DNA of 64,000 nucleotides from an uncultured candidate division Zixibacteria bacterium (GTDB lineage Bacteria; Zixibacteria; MSB-5A5; GN15; FEB-12): NCBI GenBank assembly GCA_963735035.1, contig CAVTJJ010000002.1, positions 100,963 to 164,962 of the forward strand, read 5' to 3'. Shown piece by piece: positions 57,225 to 64,000 of this stretch (position 1 is its first letter; each line of letters starts with the position of its first letter). The notes under the pieces were generated by a model. It saw only the letters and a program-made list of their open reading frames with translations, ran no database searches and was not told where the DNA came from. The position numbers and the translations under genes were made by a program.

Positions 57225-60200
57225 ATGAGCACGCCAGATATCGAACGACTTCGGTCTATAAAGACTCTCCCCTCGCTGATAGCCTATCTCCGGGACGAAT
57301 TGAACTGGCCCATAGACAGGGACATGGTCGAAGACGACCTGACTTTCGAGTATTCCGCCGAGGAACTGGGTGTCGCACCCGGCAGTGCCGTCGGCATCAA
57401 GGAGATTAAGCAACTCCGCCCAATGGACGCGAAGCAGCCGTGGGGCATCTTCTGGGTGAACTTCGAGAAGAAACAGCTTCCGGTTGTTCTGCTCCGCCGG
57501 ATCTTGGGCCACCTTGTAGTGAAGAAACGCGCTTCGGCCAACAAGTCCACTCTACGCTCCTGGCATGCGAATGATCTCCTGTTCATCTCCGCCTATGGCG
57601 AGGAGGGCGACCGAGCTATTACTTTCGCTCACTTCTCTCAGGATGCGGCAAGTCCCGGCGATCTACCCATCCTGAAAATTCTCGGCTGGGACGGTGGTGA
57701 TACGGTAATGCACTTGGTGGATGCCCATCGCAACTTGACCGATGGTCTGCGATGGCCGGATAACCCCGTAGATGTAGAGTCCTGGCGCAAGCAGTGGGGC
57801 GCGGCCTTCGTCCTACGCCATCGTGAAGTCATCAGTACAACCCAGGAACTCGTTGAGGAACTGGCACGGCTCGCCACTTCCATTCGCAAGATGGCTGATA
57901 CTATTCTCGCTCGTGAGTCCGACCGCGGCCCTATGCGTCGCCTCTATTCCGCATTCAAAACTGCCCTCATACACGACCTCAGTGAGGGCGATTTCGCCGA
58001 CGTAATTGCCCAGACCATTTCTTACGGCCTGCTCGCCGCCCGCTTCTCCAGTCAGGGCAGCATATCCATGACGACCCTTGTGCGCATGATCCCGGAAACC
58101 AATCCTTTCTTGCGCGAATTGCTGGGGGAGCTTCTCGTTCGCGCTGGCCGCAAAAAGGGCGCGTTCGACTTCGACGAACTTGGCATTCAGGACGTGGTTG
58201 ACCTGCTCAACTGCGCCAACGCCGAGGCCGTGAAGGCAGACTTCGGGAACAGGACCCGCAACGAAGACCCGGTCATATACTTCTACGAAGTCTTCGCAAG
58301 GCAGTACGATCCATCGGAACGTATCCGCCGGGGCGAGTTTTATACTCCGCAACCGGTTGCCTCCTACATCGTCCGCAGCGTCAACGAACTCCTGCAGACC
58401 GAGTTCGGCCTCGAAGACGGCCTCGCTGACACGACCACTTGGGGGGAGATGGTCAAGAAGAACAAGGTCCTGAAGATTCCAGACGGCGCGGAGGCTGGTG
58501 ATCCTTTCGTCTTGATCCTCGACCCCGCCACTGGCACGGGTACCTTCCTCGTGGAGGTTATCGAGGTCATCTTCACCCACCTCAAGAAGAAGTGGACAGA
58601 CCTTGGGAAGAAGCCGGTCGAGATTTCCAGGCTTTGGAACGTGTACGTCCCGGATAACCTGCTCCCGCGCCTCTACGGCTATGAACTCAAGATGGCCCCT
58701 TACGTCATCGCTCACATGAAGCTGGCGCTGAAGCTCCAGGAAATCAACACCCGCCTCGGTCAGCCAGGCTACCAATTTAGGTTCCAGGGGCGAGCGCACA
58801 TCTATCTGACGAACAGTCTCGAACCCCCCGATGACAAGCAGATCAAAATGGTGGGCTTTGATGCCCTCGCACACGAGGCCGCAGCTGTGAACGAAATCAA
58901 GAGGCACAAACGCTTCACCGTCGTCATCGGGAATCCGCCGTATGCGGGGCATTCAAGGAACAACGAGATTCGGTGGATAGTTGACCTCGTCAAGGACTTC
59001 ACCCGAGATGAACCAAGCCTCCAAGGCCCCGGCCAAGGGAAATGGCTCCAAGACGACTACGTCAAATTCCTCAGGATAAGCCAACACCTATTGGAGCCGA
59101 CACAAGCGGCAGTCTTGGCGATGATCACGAACCATCGCTATCTCACAAACAGAACATTCAGGGGGATGCGTCGTCTTTGGAGAGACCAGTTTCCGCTTAC
59201 GCGGATTCTGGACCTGCATGGCAACCGGGTTGTTCACGAAGTTTCTCCGATCGGGCACGATGAAAACGTCTTCGACATTGAACAGGGCGTCGCCATTGGG
59301 ATTTTCGCGAAAGGCGTAGCTGCATCTTCGAGCATCGGCTTCTGCGAACTGTGGGGTTCACGAACGACCGCAGCCAAGAAGGGGAAGTACGACATTCTCG
59401 CAACCACGTCAGTTGGGACCACTACTTGGGCAGAACTCAATCCCAGACCGCCCGATTGGCTCTTCTCGCCCCGCCAGGAAACTACCGAAGACATTCAGTC
59501 CGAGTTCGACAGCGGAATCAAGATGATAGAACTGATGCCCGGCGCTCTTGGTCCGAACGGCAAACCTCAGAGCGGACTTGCGACGATGCACGACGCTTTC
59601 GCTCTCAGTTTCACCACAACCGAGGTTGAGGACAAGATCCGGCAGTTTCTAAAGACAACCAGTCGTGATGAGGCGAAGGAGCTCTTTGGAACGCTCTGTA
59701 ATCCACAGCAATGGGACTATGCGACTGCAAAGCGGACCTTGGCCTCTCCCGCATGGCGGAAGAAGGTCTCGCGTATTTGCTTCTCGCCTTTCGATAGCCG
59801 CTACACGGTTTACGACAAATCAGTAGCAGTGCATCTCCGCCGACGACTATCGGACAACTTCTTCAATCGCACAAACCTCGGATTGGTCATTGGTGAAGCC
59901 GGACAGGAAATCAGCGGGGACGATTGGGATGCGGTGTCGTGCGTCGATTCGATTCTCCAGTTGAACTACTTTCGGCGGAACGGCTCCCCGACATTGCCAC
60001 TCTATCTATACGACGACGACCTTCTAACAGACGGAGCCAACGGGCGTCGCACCAATTTGTCGGCACCACACCTTGAGCAGATTGCAGAGCGGTTGAGGTT
60101 GAAAGTCGGTAAGGATGGTATGCCCGCTGGCTTGGCGCCGGAAGATATCTTCCACTACGCCTACGCCGTCTTCTACAGCCCTACGTACCGCACCCGATAC

Positions 60201-60641
60201 GCCGAGTTCCTGAAAATCGACTTTCCCCGCCTGCCTTTGACAACCAGCCTCGAACTCTTCCGCGCCCTGGCGAAACTCGGCGGCGAACTCGTCGCCCTGC
60301 ACCTGATGGAATCGCCGAGACTCGACAATCACATTACCAAGTGGATAGGCGGCAAGAGTCCCGATGTTGAGAAGGTCACGTACACCGACGAGACCATCTG
60401 GACCGACAAGGCACAGAGCGAGGGCTTCCGCGGCGTCCCAGAGAACGTCTGGAACTTCCACATCGGCGGCTACCGGGTCTGCGAGAAATGGCTCAAGGAT
60501 CGCAAGGGCCGGACCCTGACGGAGGACGATATCGAGCATTATCAGAAAGTAGTCGTAGCTCTAAACGAGACGATCCGCCTAATGGCCGAAATCGACGAAG
60601 TCATAGACGCCCACGGCGGTTGGCCCGGAGCGTTCAAGTAG
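57225..60641 (+). CDS. N6-adenine DNA methyltransferase with type ISP-like C-terminal specificity domain
   Basis: GEFYTP, ILDPATGTGTF, GNPPY, LQDDYVKF, LKIDFPRLP, VWNFHIGGY.VCEKWLKDRK. Confidence 0.9.
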   Translation: MSTPDIERLRSIKTLPSLIAYLRDELNWPIDRDMVEDDLTFEYSAEELGVAPGSAVGIKEIKQLRPMDAKQPWGIFWVNFEKKQLPVVLLRRILGHLVVKKRASANKSTLRSWHANDLLFISAYGEEGDRAITFAHFSQDAASPGDLPILKILGWDGGDTVMHLVDAHRNLTDGLRWPDNPVDVESWRKQWGAAFVLRHREVISTTQELVEELARLATSIRKMADTILARESDRGPMRRLYSAFKTALIHDLSEGDFADVIAQTISYGLLAARFSSQGSISMTTLVRMIPETNPFLRELLGELLVRAGRKKGAFDFDELGIQDVVDLLNCANAEAVKADFGNRTRNEDPVIYFYEVFARQYDPSERIRRGEFYTPQPVASYIVRSVNELLQTEFGLEDGLADTTTWGEMVKKNKVLKIPDGAEAGDPFVLILDPATGTGTFLVEVIEVIFTHLKKKWTDLGKKPVEISRLWNVYVPDNLLPRLYGYELKMAPYVIAHMKLALKLQEINTRLGQPGYQFRFQGRAHIYLTNSLEPPDDKQIKMVGFDALAHEAAAVNEIKRHKRFTVVIGNPPYAGHSRNNEIRWIVDLVKDFTRDEPSLQGPGQGKWLQDDYVKFLRISQHLLEPTQAAVLAMITNHRYLTNRTFRGMRRLWRDQFPLTRILDLHGNRVVHEVSPIGHDENVFDIEQGVAIGIFAKGVAASSSIGFCELWGSRTTAAKKGKYDILATTSVGTTTWAELNPRPPDWLFSPRQETTEDIQSEFDSGIKMIELMPGALGPNGKPQSGLATMHDAFALSFTTTEVEDKIRQFLKTTSRDEAKELFGTLCNPQQWDYATAKRTLASPAWRKKVSRICFSPFDSRYTVYDKSVAVHLRRRLSDNFFNRTNLGLVIGEAGQEISGDDWDAVSCVDSILQLNYFRRNGSPTLPLYLYDDDLLTDGANGRRTNLSAPHLEQIAERLRLKVGKDGMPAGLAPEDIFHYAYAVFYSPTYRTRYAEFLKIDFPRLPLTTSLELFRALAKLGGELVALHLMESPRLDNHITKWIGGKSPDVEKVTYTDETIWTDKAQSEGFRGVPENVWNFHIGGYRVCEKWLKDRKGRTLTEDDIEHYQKVVVALNETIRLMAEIDEVIDAHGGWPGAFK

Positions 60642-60653
60642 ACAATTGCCCGC

Positions 60654-61351
60654 ATGAAACAACAGACCATACTCATCGGCGAATCGGACGACGATTTCGT
60701 TAAGCTGATCAGCGCGCCACCAGACGGTCCATATGCCAGTGACCTTGGCTTTGCGGAGTGATTGCTGAGGGTCGAACGGTGCCTTACGAACCACTTACGC
60801 AGGATCCAATCAGTGTCGGGCTTAAAGACGCGGCACCTGAAGCCGTGCGCATACTGAAGCTGTTCGTTGCAGGCTTGAACAGACACATGTTAAAGGTAGG
60901 CAGGGAGAACATATGGTATCAGCCGGATAATTCAAAGTGGCCTCAGCGGTACTTCTGGATGTTCCTCTGCAAATCGGAGAAGCGGGATTTCATTACGCGT
61001 ATTGAGTTTGCTGGCAAATATGCTGTCCAGGTCGACTTCTCGCATTTTGGAGCGAAGAAACCCAAGCCAGTCGAGTTTATGTCGCCGCAACTGTTCGAAT
61101 CATTACAGTACAAAGGATTTCCCCCACACGTTAGGATGAAGACGGCAGAAGATCTGGAGAGGTTTCTTCCTCTTATAGCAAACCACTATGACCGGATACT
61201 GATGCACCTTAAGAGCGGCGGGATACTGCCGCCGCGTGGATGGAGTCATATCGAAGTCGCATTGAAGGCGTACCTTCGGGTACATGACCGCGGTAATTGG
61301 ACAAGCTGGGACAAACTGGATTTTCTCGGGAGGCGGGAAGTTGATATGATC
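60654..61351 (+). CDS. Hypothetical protein, apparently frameshifted near 60757 and cut at the 61348 junction
   Basis: ATG 60654 ORF stops at 60761 and continues in the 60758 frame; the C-terminus runs into unrelated GC-rich DNA. Confidence 0.45.
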
Positions 61352-61820
61352 CCGTCCGCGGTGACTGCGACCGTGGCGCACTCGCTTCGATGATCGCTAC
61401 GGAACCAAACCCCGCGGTTTTCACCGGCTTCGGCGGAAGGATCGCCGGCGGCGCTTCGGCCGCGGGCACGCGGACAGGAGGGCCCGGCAGCTGTTCGGGA
61501 GCGGGGAGCGGGGGCCGGAGCCGGCGTCACCAGCAGCGGCACAATGATCGTGGGCGCCTGGGCCAGGGGTTGAGGGGATGCCAGTTGGGACCAGCAGCTT
61601 GGGAACGGGCCGGGACGCGTTGCCCGTACGGGCGGAGCCGCCCTGGGCCGGGGTGCCGGGACATACAAAGTAGTGACCTGAAGTCGATCCGGCGGCCGCG
61701 CCCGGGGGGAACGGTGAGGCTTAGAACGGCCAGCCCCAGGCAGCCGTGCAGCACGGCGCTTCCCCAAAACGCCGCTGGAGACATCCTGTCGCCGCGGTTT
61801 GTGAGAGGCGTTTCAAACAT
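61352..61820 (-). pseudogene. N-terminal part of a TonB-like proline-rich protein, frameshifted and truncated
   Basis: SAVLH TM motif; Pro-rich segments spread over three frames, ending PPKPVKTAGFG. Confidence 0.5.
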
Positions 61821-61837
61821 GGTGGGTGAACATCGGA

Positions 61838-64000
61838 CTACAGACCCTGTTCCGGTTCGAGCCGAATCTGGCGCAGCAGCATCCTGCCCTCCTGGCGCGT
61901 TGTCCCCGGGACGCGATGATAAGCCAGCACCAGACGCTCATCGGTATCGGAACGGAAGCGCCATTCGCCAGCCGACCACTCCGGCGACGCCTGGAATTTG
62001 GGCCCCAAGCCCTTTCCCACTGACCATTGAAGGCCGGTTTCCTCCGTCAGGTCCCGCGTTCGGTACTGGAATCGCAACACGTACCGTGCCCCCTTGGTCA
62101 GCGGGCAGGAAATGGCCGAGGACCTCGCAGGCTTCCGGCTGCTTTCCGGAGAAGAAGATCTCGAGCGCCGGGCCGTCGTTATAGGTCTGGGCCGCAACCG
62201 CACACCCGGCGGGCGGTGTGCGCCAGTCGAAGGCGTGATTGAGAATCGGCTGCCGGAAGTCTCCATTCACGAGGACTCCGGGCTTCATCGGTGGATAGGG
62301 CACTATCCTTCTTTGGCACATCCGGTTCCAGATATCGAGTGCGTCCGGGGTTCGCCGAGCTTCCAGGGCGCGGTCCACATAGTCCAGCAACAGGTCGCGA
62401 TCGTCCGATTCCCCAGTGGTCGCGATGCGTAAGGCGGCGGCATGGGACCCTGCCAAACGACCCTGCCCAATCAAGTAGGTCAGGTACTCCCGCTCGACGA
62501 TACGCCGCGGCGCCACTACGCGATCCAGGACCGTCTGCGCGTCGTCTGTGAGCAGGAAGCAAAGATCGAACAAGGGCCGCAATTCGCCGTAGGAAATCTC
62601 GGCTGGCTGACCGCGCCGCCCGCCAGAATTCGTCCGGTCGATTGCCGCGGAAATAGAAATTGGCCAGCGCCCACGCCGGGGCGTATTGTTTGTCCCGGCG
62701 AACAGATTCGAGCAGTGCGGCCTCGCTGCCGGCCATGTCCCCTGCCGCCTCCAGGCGTGACGCCAGGGCGATCCGTGCGGTGGTCAGGAACGGGTTGAGT
62801 TCGATGGCGCGATCGAGGTGCTGGCGGGCGCGGTCCGGGTCCGTTTGAGCCAAAGCCAAATGGTATTCGGCCCTTTCGGGATGAGGCTGGCGGCGGCCGC
62901 GATAGAGGCGGGAGTGGCGCGGCGGTACAGCGTGTCGGCCCACCCCAGCTTGGCGGATTGATAGATGCCGAACGCCAGGACGGGGATCGCCGCCGCGGCG
63001 AAAGCACGCACCCGTAGCAACCGAGGGCGCGGGTTGGCTTTCTGCCCCGCTCGATGTGCTGCCGCTCCCTTGATAGCCGGACAGGGCGCCCATGAAAACA
63101 AAGATCCACGCCGCCAGTCCGAGCTTCATGAAGGGGTAGTCCACGAGGGAGTGGAGGAAGACCGCGACGACTCCCAATCCCCAGACCGAGCGCAGGGCCG
63201 CGGGCAGGCAGAACGCCAAGGCCGCCAGCATGACGGCAGCCGCCGGTATCCCGCCTTCGGCGGCCCATTGCGCCCACTCGTTGTGCGCGTGATTGGCCAC
63301 CGAACCGGTGTCGATGATCGCGAATGGCTGTAGGCGGACGGCCAGTGCCGGATCGAATCCATGCAGCGGCTTGGCGCGAACCATGGCCAGCGACGATTCG
63401 GCGAGCTCGCGGCGGGTCTCGTAGGGGTCTTTACCCTGGCTGAACCGTTCCCAAAGGTACTGGTAGCCCACGATCAGCGTGAAGGCCGCCGTCAGAACGG
63501 CGAACGTGACCCAGCGGCGCCGTGCGGTCTTTTGGCGCGCCGCCGCAGCACGAACGCCAGCGCCGATTCGGCGATCACGATCACCGCGCCGGCGCGCGAT
63601 CCGCTGGCGATCACCGACGTCACCATTGCGGCTGCCACCGCGAAGTAGGCCTTGGAAGTCCGCCGGTTGTTGAACGCCAGGACCAGCGCTACGGGGAGCA
63701 GCAATTCCACGAAGGCGGCGTAATTGTTCCGCGAGACGAATGGACCGATGACGTCGGACTCGTAGCCGGACGCGAACAGCCAGAAGACCTTTCCGTCGGA
63801 CGTGAATCCCGGACGATGCCGAGGACGCAGATCGCGAAACCGGCGGCCACGACCGATCTCAGGAAGGCCCGGCGTTCGCGCCGCGCGCCAGACGCCTGGA
63901 GGCCACCCAGACAAGGCAGGCTGCGGCAAGCCAGTAGAGGACAGCCTCGGCGGTGTCCGCCGCCACCGCGGTCCATCGGGCGGCCAGTTGCAGCAGGCCC
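61838..64000 (-). pseudogene. O-antigen ligase (Wzy_C) family gene(s) with TPR-like and C-terminal periplasmic domains, multiply frameshifted, running off the window end
   Basis: GPFVSRNNYAA, SGSRAG and HAHNEWAQWAAEGG motifs; RAEYHLALA..RAIELNP; pieces lie in different frames. Confidence 0.65.

Noticed and set aside
57813..58952. 379-aa minus-strand ORF
   Set aside because: Antisense shadow of the methyltransferase, with no independent motifs.

Overview
Bacterial DNA, probably from a Zixibacteria-like lineage (inferred from the dockerin-like tails on secreted proteins). 1-13.6 kb: a co-oriented minus-strand cluster with a large surface protein, M48 protease, small membrane proteins, BON protein, ECF sigma factor, DUF3494 ice-binding lipoprotein, two NarL/LuxR regulators and an RNB ribonuclease. 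Four of its promoters share a conserved 47-bp box. From 13.77 kb: a tandem array of islands delimited by three copies of a tRNA (probably Met) 3' end at 13766, 21431 and 42032. Island 2 (21.4-42 kb) couples a 2749-aa signal-peptide RHS toxin and a lipoprotein immunity candidate to a compact 11-gene T2SS/type IV filament-like cluster. Island 1 (13.8-21.4 kb) is a related, deleted copy with a different RHS toxin, SUKH- and Imm26-like immunity genes and only the 3' stub of gspF. This RHS + T2SS-like island family is the best candidate for an undescribed system. Beyond 42 kb: two dockerin-tailed surface proteins, a tyrosine recombinase, an RHH gene, a repeat-flanked Panacea toxin-antitoxin pair and a PLD-helicase + adenine methyltransferase defence pair. 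At a GATC at 61348 the sequence switches abruptly to GC-rich, frameshift-ridden DNA, probably a chimeric junction. All family calls come from reading motifs by eye; no searches were run.
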